DNA of 15,916 bases, from the NCBI GenBank assembly GCA_044866005.1, contig JBIOTN010000055.1, positions 1 through 15,916 of the forward strand. Direction: 5' to 3'. A model generated the notes under the pieces. It was not told the DNA's origin. It saw nothing but the letters and a program-made list of their open reading frames with translations, and did no database searches. This stretch comes from Candidatus Rokuibacteriota bacterium. Its GTDB lineage: Bacteria; Methylomirabilota; Methylomirabilia; Rokubacteriales; DASRDR01. How positions within the stretch are numbered: the first letter of the stretch is position 1; each line of letters opens with the position of its first letter. Position numbers and translations under genes: made by a program. This document shows positions 6,545 through 14,248 of this stretch, piece by piece.

Positions 6545-8101
6545 ATGGGCGGACGTTTGACGCGACGCGAGCTCCTGCAGCGCGCTGGGATGGGCGCGGC
6601 CGTGACCGCGCTGGGCTCACCCACGGCGACCTGGGCGCAGCCTCAGGCGCCCGAGACCCTGGTGGTGGCGCAGGGCGTGGACATGCAAACGGGCGACCCG
6701 CACAGGACGACGCTGACCCACGCGGTGAACGTCCTGGTCAACTTCTACGACACGCTCGTCGGGCGCGACGCCACCCTGGCGCTCAAGCCCGGCCTGGCGC
6801 TCGCCTGGCGCGCCGTCGACCCCACGACCTGGGAGTTCAAGCTCCGCCAGGGCGTGAAGTTCCACAACGGCGAGCCGTTCAACGCGCAGGCCGTGAAGTT
6901 CTCGTTCGAGCGGATGCTGGACCCCAAGACGCGCTGGCCCGGCGCGGGCGCCTTGCGGCTGATCAAGGCGGTGACGGCCGTGGACGACTCGACGGTCCGC
7001 TTCACCACCGAGCGGCCCTGGCCGCTCATGCCGAGGTTCCTGGGGTACTACGGGATGATCGTGCCGCCGGCCCTGGCGCAGAGCGGCGACGAGGCCCTCG
7101 TCCGCCACCCGGTGGGGACCGGGCCCTACCGGTTCGGGCGCTGGGTGAAGGACGACCGCGTGGAGGTCGAGGCCAACCCCGACTTCTGGGGCGGCCGACC
7201 CCGGATCAGCCGCGTCGTCTTCCGCGCCATCCCCTCCGAGTCGTCCCGGCTGGCGGAGCTCCTGGCCGGCTCCGTCCACCTGATCAACCTGGTGCCGCCC
7301 GAGCTGTTCCGCCCGATCCAGGAGTCGCCGCGGGCGCGGCTGGTGGAGGGCCGCAGCCTGAGCGTCTACTTCGTCATCTACAACCTGGTCAACATCGCGC
7401 GGGAGCGGCCGCTGGCGGACCGGCGCGTGCGGCAAGCGCTCAACTACGCGATCAACCGTCCGGCCATCCTCTCGAGCATCATGCACAACGTGGGCGCGCC
7501 GGTGGCGACGGTCTGCACGGACGTCATGCTGGGGTGCGATGCGTCCGTCGCCCCGTTCCCCTACGATCCGGAGCGGGCCCGCGCGCTCCTGCGCGAGGCC
7601 GGCTATCCCAACGGGTTCGACTTCAGCATCACGACGACCAGCGGCGCCTACCCCGGCGACCGCGACGTCACCCTGGCCCTGGCCGACCAGCTCAACCGGG
7701 TCGGGGTGCGCACCCGCGTGAACGTCACCGAGTACGGCGTGCAGCTCAAGGCGGTGCAGAGCCGCCAGCTCGCCGAAGACGGGTGGTTCACGCGGTTCAC
7801 CGATTTCTTCGGCCTGAGCACCATCATCCCGTTCCGGGCCTTCTACTCGCAGGGGGAGTGGTCCTTGTGGCGGCCGGGCCACCGCGAGTTCGACCAGGCG
7901 GTGGAGGCGGCGAACGTCGCCACGGACGAGGCCCGGATCCGTGAGCTCTCCCGCCGTATCCAGATGCTCTACAAGGAAGAGGCGCCCGCCATCTCGCTCT
8001 TCACCGCGCCCAATGTCTACGGGATGCATCCCGACCTCGAGTGGACGCCCCGGCCGGACCTCCTGCTGACCATGTTCGACGCGGGCTGGCGGCGACGCTG
8101 A
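6545..8101 (+). CDS. ABC transporter substrate-binding protein, family 5 (DppA/OppA/NikA-like), Tat-exported
   Basis: Start ATG 6545 with AAGGAGG upstream; 518 aa. Twin-arginine signal LTRRELL...ATWA. Motifs WEFKLRQGVKFHNGEPFNAxAVKFS, PVGTGPY, VRQALNYAINR and YDPERARALLREAG. Confidence 0.93.
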   Translation: MGGRLTRRELLQRAGMGAAVTALGSPTATWAQPQAPETLVVAQGVDMQTGDPHRTTLTHAVNVLVNFYDTLVGRDATLALKPGLALAWRAVDPTTWEFKLRQGVKFHNGEPFNAQAVKFSFERMLDPKTRWPGAGALRLIKAVTAVDDSTVRFTTERPWPLMPRFLGYYGMIVPPALAQSGDEALVRHPVGTGPYRFGRWVKDDRVEVEANPDFWGGRPRISRVVFRAIPSESSRLAELLAGSVHLINLVPPELFRPIQESPRARLVEGRSLSVYFVIYNLVNIARERPLADRRVRQALNYAINRPAILSSIMHNVGAPVATVCTDVMLGCDASVAPFPYDPERARALLREAGYPNGFDFSITTTSGAYPGDRDVTLALADQLNRVGVRTRVNVTEYGVQLKAVQSRQLAEDGWFTRFTDFFGLSTIIPFRAFYSQGEWSLWRPGHREFDQAVEAANVATDEARIRELSRRIQMLYKEEAPAISLFTAPNVYGMHPDLEWTPRPDLLLTMFDAGWRRR

Positions 8102-8113
8102 CAGACGATCTCG

Positions 8114-8156
8114 CGGGGCCGGCGCCTGCCCGAGCGGGGCGGGCGGACCGGCCCCG
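8114..8156 (+). other. Strong intercistronic hairpin after the binding-protein gene (mRNA stabiliser/attenuator)
   Basis: cggggccgg (8114-8122) pairs with ccggccccg (8148-8156), and cgcctgccc (8123-8131) with gggcgggcg (8137-8145): 18-bp stem, no U-tract. Confidence 0.6.
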
Positions 8157-8226
8157 TCGGGCGCCAGGCAGCGGTGATGGCGCGCCTCGGCCCCCCCGGC
8201 ACGACCAGCGGCGGTGAGGGGCGGCC

Positions 8227-9156
8227 GTGACCGAGTACGTGATCCGCCGGCTCGTGCTCTCGCTCGTCGCCATGGTCGGCGTGATCACCATCGTCTTCGT
8301 CCTGATGCACGCGAGCGGGGACCCGGTCACCCTGCTGGTCTCTCAGGAGGCGACGCAGGAGGACATCGACCGGATCCGCCAGGCCTACGGGCTGGACCAG
8401 CCGCTCTCGGTCCAGTACGTGCGGTTCGTGGCGCGGGTGGCCCAGGGCGATCTCGGCTATTCCTACCGGCAGGGCTTGCCGGTGGCGGAGCTGATCGTCG
8501 AGCGCTTGCCGGCCACGTTCGAGCTGGCGCTGGCGGCGATGGCCGTGGCCGTGCTGCTCGGCGTGTCGCTGGGGATGGTGGCGGCCGCCCGGCGCGGCTC
8601 GGGCCTGGACCTGACCGCCATGACGGTCGCGCTGATCGGGACCAGCATGCCGAGCTTCTGGCTCGGCCTGCTGCTGATCATCGTCTTCGGCGTGGAGCTC
8701 GGCTGGCTCCCCGTGTCCGGGTACGGGACGCTCAGGCACCTCGTGATGCCGGCCTTCGTCCTGGGCGGGTTCTACGCGGCGCAGATCAGCCGGCTCACCC
8801 GCACGGGCCTCCTGGAAGTGCTGGCTCAGGACTACATCCGCACCGCGGCGGCCAAGGGGCTGGCCGACCGCGCGGTGCTCCTCAAGCACGCCTTGCGCAA
8901 CGCGGCGCTCCCCGTGCTGACGGTCCTGGGCCTCAGCTTCGGCCACATGCTGGGAGGGGCGCTGGTGGTGGAGTCCATCTTCGCGTGGCCGGGGATGGGA
9001 CGCCTGACGGTGCAGGCCGTGCTGGGCCGGGACTTCCCCCTGGTGCAGGGGGCGGCCGTGATGGGCGCGGCGGTCTTCCTGGCGGTGAACCTGACCATCG
9101 ACCTCGTCTATGGCTGGGTCGATCCTCGTCTTCGCGCAGCCGCGCGTCGGACGTAG
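8227..9156 (+). CDS. ABC transporter permease, DppB/OppB family
   Basis: 309 aa. YVIRRL, GDPV, GLDQPLSVQY, GDLGYSY, RLPATFELA, EAA loop QDYIRTAAAKGL, KHALRNA, VESIFAWPGMG, RDFPLVQG, DPR. Confidence 0.95.
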   Translation: MTEYVIRRLVLSLVAMVGVITIVFVLMHASGDPVTLLVSQEATQEDIDRIRQAYGLDQPLSVQYVRFVARVAQGDLGYSYRQGLPVAELIVERLPATFELALAAMAVAVLLGVSLGMVAAARRGSGLDLTAMTVALIGTSMPSFWLGLLLIIVFGVELGWLPVSGYGTLRHLVMPAFVLGGFYAAQISRLTRTGLLEVLAQDYIRTAAAKGLADRAVLLKHALRNAALPVLTVLGLSFGHMLGGALVVESIFAWPGMGRLTVQAVLGRDFPLVQGAAVMGAAVFLAVNLTIDLVYGWVDPRLRAAARRT

Positions 9157-10024
9157 ACGGCTCGGGCTGCCCTTCTTCGCCCACCGGGTCCTGCGGAGCC
9201 CGTCCGGGGCGGTGGGCGCGGTCCTCCTGCTGCTCGTCGCGGCGGCGTTCGGCGCCTCCCTGGCCACGCCCTACGATCCCGTCGCGCAGGACCTGAGCCT
9301 CACCGTGCATCCGCCTTCGCTGTCGCCCGTCCGCGGCCAGCTCCACCTCCTGGGCACCGACCAGCTGGGGCGCGACATCCTGAGCCGGCTGCTGGTCGGC
9401 CTCCGCATCTCCTTGCTCGTGGCGCTGGTCGTCGTGCCGGCATCCACCCTGCTGGGCCTCGCCGCGGGGATGGGGACGGGGTACCGCGGCGGCTGGCTCG
9501 ACCTGGCCTTGATGCGCCTCGTGGACGCCCAGCTCTCCATTCCCACGCTGCTCTTCATGGTCGCCGTGGTGGCGGCGCTCGGCTCCGGACTGGCCCAGAT
9601 CGTGATGGTGCTGATCCTCGTGGGATGGCCGACCTATGCGCGGGTGGGGCGGGCGGAGGTCCTCGCGCTGCGCGAGCAGGAGTTCGTCGCCGCGGCCCGC
9701 GCCCTGGGGGCGTCCGAGCTCCGCCTGCTCCTCCGCCACGTGCTACCGAACCTGACGCCCACGCTCGTGGTGCTCGCCACGCTGCAGCTCCCCGTGGTCA
9801 TCATCTGGGAGGCCGCGCTGAGCTTCCTCGGCCTGGGGATCCAGCCGCCCACGCCCAGCCTGGGCCAGATGCTGGGCCACTCGCAGGAGGTGGTGTGGCG
9901 CGCCTGGTGGATGCCGACCATTCCCGGGGTCGCCATCACGCTGGTGGTGCTGGCCTTCAACCTGATGGGCGACCGCCTGCGCGACGTGCTCGACCCGCGG
10001 CTGCGCGGGGTCGGGCACGCGTGA
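9110..10024 (+). CDS. ABC transporter permease, DppC/OppC family
   Basis: 304 aa (start approximate, overlaps the previous gene). HLLGTDQLGRDILSRL, EQEFVAAARALGAS, RHVLPN, EAALSFLGLG, NLMGDRLRDVLDPR. Confidence 0.93.
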   Translation: MAGSILVFAQPRVGRRRLGLPFFAHRVLRSPSGAVGAVLLLLVAAAFGASLATPYDPVAQDLSLTVHPPSLSPVRGQLHLLGTDQLGRDILSRLLVGLRISLLVALVVVPASTLLGLAAGMGTGYRGGWLDLALMRLVDAQLSIPTLLFMVAVVAALGSGLAQIVMVLILVGWPTYARVGRAEVLALREQEFVAAARALGASELRLLLRHVLPNLTPTLVVLATLQLPVVIIWEAALSFLGLGIQPPTPSLGQMLGHSQEVVWRAWWMPTIPGVAITLVVLAFNLMGDRLRDVLDPRLRGVGHA

Positions 10025-10049
10025 CCCGGCCTGCGCCGCCTCAGAGCTC

Positions 10050-10224
10050 TCGCAGCGAGCGTGCCGACTCGGAGGGCCGCATGGCGTGGGATGGTGACGT
10101 GATGCTCACCACCTTCAAGGGTCGTCAGGCGAAGATGGCTCCCGGTCTGGCGGGTCATCCGGTAGCCGAGGTCGCCGAGGGCTCGCGCGAGCTCGTCACC
10201 GGAGACGTCGCGCGGAAGTCTCAA
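10050..10224 (-). pseudogene. hicA: HicA-family toxin, 3'-truncated
   Basis: TTG start at 10224 overlaps the upstream stop. MRLPRDVSGDELARALGDLGYRMTRQTGSHLRL...HHVTIPRHAALRVGTLAA has the HicA G-S-H and VTIPxH...GTL motifs. Similarity stops near 10050 and the frame runs on antisense into the permease gene. Confidence 0.8.
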
Positions 10225-10333
10225 GCCGTGACGACTTCCTCGCGCACGAAGTGGAGGCGGATGATCGGCGGGACCTTGTCGTCAGCGAAGTGGCAGCGCA
10301 CCGCGTCGCGGACGTTCGCGTGTATCTCGGCCG
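10221..10333 (-). pseudogene. Short HicB-like antitoxin, 5'-truncated
   Basis: AEIHANVRDAVRCHFADDKVPPIIRLHFVREEVVTA* matches the C-terminal half of the small HicB-like proteins usually found upstream of this HicA type. The N-terminal half and start are replaced by the end of the beta-propeller gene. Confidence 0.7.
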
Positions 10334-11527
10334 TTACCGCGCCCGGCCGCGCATCGAGGCCGGATGCCCGGGCAACTGTAACCGCTTGCCTGTGTCGGTT
10401 ACCGTGGTCCCGTCCACCTTCAGGATCGATACGTCGCCGTCGAGGAAGTTGCCGACGTACAGATACTTGCCGTCGGGACTGAATACGGCGCCTTCGGGGA
10501 GCCCGCGCACCTCGACCTCGCCGACCTTCGTCACCTTCTTGCCGTCGATCTTCAACACCGCCACGCTGCCGTTCCGGTTGTAGAACCACGCGTTCTTGGG
10601 CCCGTCGTTGCCGCGCAGGAGCATCGCCACCGCGATCTGGCCCGTCGGGCTGATCACGAACCCTTCCGGCGCGTCCCCGACGACCACTCGATCGATGACG
10701 CGGGGCGGATTCGCCTCGAGGTCGATCACACTCACGGTGTCGATATGGCCGTCGGAGCGTCCGGAGTTGCCGTTATCGGCGGTGAGCGCGAGCTTTCCGT
10801 CCGGCGTCACGTCAACGTTGTAAGGCCAGAGGCCGACCGGCATGTCGTACTTGTTGTAGGTCACCTTCTGCCCGTTGATCTCGAGCAGGGCGATCTTGTG
10901 GCCGGGGAACTTGGCCGCGACGGCGCGCTTGCCGTCCGCCGTCATGACCACCGCCGAGACCTGCTCGCCCATCTGGACCGTGTCGATGAGCTTCACCTCC
11001 TTGCCCTGGATCGAGAGCACGCTGATCGAGTTGTCGCCCCGGTTCGCGATCAAGGCGAGGTCGCCCCGCGCGTTGATCGAGAGGCCCGATGGTTGCTTGC
11101 CGACCTCCACGGTCCCGATGTGAGCTGGCGGGTTCGCGGTGAGGTCGATCACGTAGAGCTTGTTGTCAGGCACGCCCTTCCAGGCGCCACCCTCCTGGAC
11201 CCAGGTCAGCGAGTTCGCGACGATCGCCAGCCGCTCGTCGGGCGTGATCGCCAGGTTTGTCGGTGGGCCGACGAGCGAGTTCATCAGGGGGAGGTTCGTG
11301 ATGATCCGTGGCGCCTCGCGGTTACTGATGTCGACGATGGAGACGGTGTCCTTCCCGGGCGGCAGGAAGACCAGCTTGCCGGCGTCATCGAAGGTGACCT
11401 TCTCGTCGTTGCCGATGATCATGAGCTCGGCCCACGCCGGGATCGGCACGGCGGAGACGAAAAGCGCGAGGAGAATCAGCGCCCGACTCCAGAACCGTCC
11501 CCTGAATTGGCCCTGGCGCGAACTCAT
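10334..11527 (-). CDS. Secreted YncE/YVTN-like beta-propeller protein
   Basis: Start ATG 11527 with GGAGGA 7 nt upstream; 397 aa. Sec signal ending AWA. Repeated blades (DTVSIVDI, LAITPDER, VGKQPSGLSIN, VGLWPYNVDVTPDGK, VGDAPEGFVISPTG, LPEGAVFSPDGKYLYV). Confidence 0.9.
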   Translation of the reverse strand: MSSRQGQFRGRFWSRALILLALFVSAVPIPAWAELMIIGNDEKVTFDDAGKLVFLPPGKDTVSIVDISNREAPRIITNLPLMNSLVGPPTNLAITPDERLAIVANSLTWVQEGGAWKGVPDNKLYVIDLTANPPAHIGTVEVGKQPSGLSINARGDLALIANRGDNSISVLSIQGKEVKLIDTVQMGEQVSAVVMTADGKRAVAAKFPGHKIALLEINGQKVTYNKYDMPVGLWPYNVDVTPDGKLALTADNGNSGRSDGHIDTVSVIDLEANPPRVIDRVVVGDAPEGFVISPTGQIAVAMLLRGNDGPKNAWFYNRNGSVAVLKIDGKKVTKVGEVEVRGLPEGAVFSPDGKYLYVGNFLDGDVSILKVDGTTVTDTGKRLQLPGHPASMRGRAR

Positions 11528-11636
11528 CTTCGTGTCCTCCTGTGTGTCGAGGCCGGGATTTCCGATATGGACCGATTTCCCCGTGGCGGCGTCCACCGAG
11601 CAGACCGTCCCGTCACTCCTGCAATCGCCGAACGAT

Positions 11637-12740
11637 TCAGAGGGTCAGCACGATCTTACCCGTGAACTGCTTGCTGAGGAACTCCTGCTGCGCGCGAACA
11701 ATCTGTGCTAGTGGATAGGTGTTCGCCACGACCGGCTTGATCTCGCGACGCTCGATGTAGCCGACGAGGTTCCTGAAGACGTCAGGTTCCAGGACGGTGC
11801 AGCCCAGGAGCCGGAGGTCCTTCAAGTACAGAGTCCGGAGGTCCAACGTGACCATCGGTCCTGCGATGGCTCCAGCTACGGCGTACCGCCCACCACGTTT
11901 CAGGACGTCGAGCAGCTCGGGCCACCGCGGCCCGCCGACGACGTCGACCACCACGTCTGCGCTCTCTCGCCCACACCAGTCGAGCAGATCCGCATGGCGC
12001 GGAACGATGTGATCCGCGCCGAGAGCTTTCACCTGGTCCGCCTTCGATGCGCTGGTCATGGCGAGGACGTTCGCCCCTCGCCGCTTCGCGAGCTGCACAG
12101 CCGCTGATCCCACGCCGCCGGAGGCCCCGGTAATCAGGACCGTTTCTCCGGCACCCACATCGGCTCGCGTGAGCATGTTCTCGGCGGCAGAGTAGGCGCA
12201 CGGGAAAGACGCCAGCTCGACATCGGAGAGACCGCTCTCGATCTTGTGGGCATGGATCGAAGCGACCTTGGTATATTCGGCAAAGCCGCCATCGCACTCC
12301 GAGCCGAAGTAGCACGCCTGGTAGGGCTTCCAGCCGAGCGGCGCGCGCAAGACCGGCTCGATCAGAACCCGCTCGCCGATCCGTACGGGATCGACGTCGT
12401 CGGCGACGGCGGCGATGCGACCACAGACGTCAGCCCCCTGAATGCGGGGGAATGCCAGTGCTGCACCGGTCCAGCCGGCCTCTTCGGCCCTTGCCGTCGC
12501 ATAGCCGGCTCCTCCGCCCTCCGATGTCGTGCCTTCGGTCACGCCCTTCGAGTACCAAGCCGTGCGAGTGTTGATGTCCGTGTTGTTGACCCCGGCCGCC
12601 GCGACGCGGATCAGAACCTCACCCGTCTTCGGCAGCGGCACGGGAACGCCGTCGCGGTATTCGAGCTGCTCGAACCCGCCGTGTCCCTTGAGGACCACGG
12701 CTCTCATCGTTCTCGGAATCGTCGTCGTCGAACGGCTCAT
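11637..12740 (-). CDS. Medium-chain dehydrogenase/reductase (MDR9-like, NAD(P)H quinone-reductase type)
   Basis: Start probably ATG 12740 (or 12707). MRAVVLKGHGG, GEVLIRVAAAGVNNTD, PRIQGADVCG, Rossmann VLITGASGGVGSAAVQLAK, C-terminal GKIVL. The catalytic-Zn Cys of classic ADHs is absent (GVNNTD). Confidence 0.9.
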   Translation of the reverse strand: MSRSTTTIPRTMRAVVLKGHGGFEQLEYRDGVPVPLPKTGEVLIRVAAAGVNNTDINTRTAWYSKGVTEGTTSEGGGAGYATARAEEAGWTGAALAFPRIQGADVCGRIAAVADDVDPVRIGERVLIEPVLRAPLGWKPYQACYFGSECDGGFAEYTKVASIHAHKIESGLSDVELASFPCAYSAAENMLTRADVGAGETVLITGASGGVGSAAVQLAKRRGANVLAMTSASKADQVKALGADHIVPRHADLLDWCGRESADVVVDVVGGPRWPELLDVLKRGGRYAVAGAIAGPMVTLDLRTLYLKDLRLLGCTVLEPDVFRNLVGYIERREIKPVVANTYPLAQIVRAQQEFLSKQFTGKIVLTL

Positions 12741-12971
12741 TGGGCCAAATCGGCGTCGCCGCGGACGCTTCCCGTCATGAGCTGACCGTTCCCGCCTCCT
12801 CGATACCCGTCGTAGCTCACCTCGTACGGCGACACCCCCGGGCGTCGCAACCACCCCGGGGGGCCCGGGCGCCCTCGACCCTTCCGGCCGGAGCGGAGAT
12901 CCGCCCCGTGAGCATCGCGCGGCCGTGGTCGGAGTTCAAGACCTATGTCGTGGCTCCGACTCGTACGGTCC

Positions 12972-13000
12972 TTGCCGGGCCTCCGCCTCTTGTCTATGAT
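12972..13000 (+). promoter_or_regulatory. sigma70-type promoter TTGCCG-N17-TATGAT
   Basis: -35 at 12972-12977 and -10 at 12995-13000 with exactly 17 nt between, upstream of the M14/DppA unit. Confidence 0.7.
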
Positions 13001-13041
13001 GATGGCGCTAGCGTCCGGACCGGGCATACCCGGGGGGAGCC

Positions 13042-13158
13042 GTGGAACGCATCGGCATCGAGCGAAGGCCGGCTGCGACGGAGTTCTGGAGCCTGGCTGC
13101 GGCGGGCGGCGCCCCCGGGGACGGGTCCACGGCCCCCGACCTGCCCCGCGCCTCCTGA
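13042..13158 (+). CDS. Putative 38-aa leader ORF, in frame with the M14 gene
   Basis: GTG after GGGGGAG; MERIGIERRPAATEFWSLAAAGGAPGDGSTAPDLPRAS*. The stop lies 3 nt before the M14 GTG. Confidence 0.3.
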   Translation: MERIGIERRPAATEFWSLAAAGGAPGDGSTAPDLPRAS

Positions 13159-13161
13159 GCC

Positions 13162-14160
13162 GTGCCCGTCCTCATCGTCGGCAGCGCGACCGCCCAGCCC
13201 GGGCAGATGACCGCGGGCTGGATCGACGTCCCCGACGGCGTGGACCCCGGCACCCGCATCCCCGTCACCGTGGCCCACGGCGCGCGCCCCGGGGCCGTCC
13301 TCACCCTGGTGGCCGGCACCCACGGGTACGAGTACACCTCCGTGCTCGCGCTCCATCGCGTGGCGCCCCGCCTGGCGCCGGCGCAGATGACCGGCTCCGT
13401 CATCCTGGTTCACATGGCCAACCCGCCATGCTTCTACGGCCGGCGGGTCTACTACGGCCCCGACGGCAAGAACCTGAACCGCGTCTACCCCGGGACCCCG
13501 GGCGGGACGGTGAGCGACCGCATCGCGCACGCCATCACGCGGGAGGTGATCGATCGCTGTACCCATCTCGTCGACATGCACTGCGGGGACGGGAACGAGG
13601 CCTGCCGGCCGTACAGCTACTGGCTCGTGAGCGGCAACCAGCCGGTGGACGCGGGCTCCCGGGCACTGGCCCTGGCCTACGGCCTGGACCACATCGTCGT
13701 GGACCGGGGGCGTCCCCGGGACCCGGCGCGGAGCCTCTACACCTCCAACACCGCCGTGCTGCGCGGCAAGCCGGCCATCACGACGGAGTCGGGCGGGGTG
13801 GGTCGCACCGACGAGGCCTCGGTGGGGAACCACGAGCACGGTGCCCTGAGCGTGATCGCCCATCTCGGGATCATGGAGTTCCCGTCGCGGCGGGTGGAGT
13901 CCCCGGTGTGGATCGACCGCAACGAGGTCCTCCGCTCGCCCGCCACGGGCGTGTGGCACGCGGCGGTCGAGCCCATGCAGCAGCTGGCCGCCGGCACGCT
14001 GATCGGGCGCCTCACCGATCCCTTCGGGGCCCTCCTCCACGAGGCCCGGGCGCCGTTCGCGGGCATCGTGCTGTACGTCGTGGCCACGCCGCCGGTCAGC
14101 GAGGGGGAGCCCCTCGCCGGCCTCGGCGCGGTGGCGACCGGCGACGTCGCGGCCCCGTGA
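13162..14160 (+). CDS. Succinylglutamate desuccinylase/aspartoacylase family (M14) metallo-deacylase
   Basis: 332 aa. Zn-binding GTHGYE (HxxE), NLNRVYPG, VDMHCG, catalytic TTESGG, C-terminal barrel-sandwich hybrid (RSPATGVW...RAPFAGIV). Confidence 0.92.
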   Translation: MPVLIVGSATAQPGQMTAGWIDVPDGVDPGTRIPVTVAHGARPGAVLTLVAGTHGYEYTSVLALHRVAPRLAPAQMTGSVILVHMANPPCFYGRRVYYGPDGKNLNRVYPGTPGGTVSDRIAHAITREVIDRCTHLVDMHCGDGNEACRPYSYWLVSGNQPVDAGSRALALAYGLDHIVVDRGRPRDPARSLYTSNTAVLRGKPAITTESGGVGRTDEASVGNHEHGALSVIAHLGIMEFPSRRVESPVWIDRNEVLRSPATGVWHAAVEPMQQLAAGTLIGRLTDPFGALLHEARAPFAGIVLYVVATPPVSEGEPLAGLGAVATGDVAAP

Positions 14161-14248
14161 TGGCCGCGCCCGGCCGCTTCCAGACGACCTGTCACGGAGG
14201 ACGCCGCCGGGCGGATCGGCGACGCCTCGGGAAGGAGATCATGTCGCC

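Noticed and set aside
9634..10224. 196-aa intact HicA fusion protein
   Set aside because: HicA similarity ends at about aa 58; the rest is antisense to the permease gene.
12737..13027. 96-aa minus-strand ORF whose stop overlaps the MDR start
   Set aside because: No recognisable family, Arg/Pro/Gly-rich, and it crosses the opposite-strand promoter; an ATGA overlap alone is weak evidence.
13156..13158. Selenocysteine read-through of the in-frame TGA
   Set aside because: The codon lies outside the catalytic domain, with no redox motif and no recognisable SECIS.
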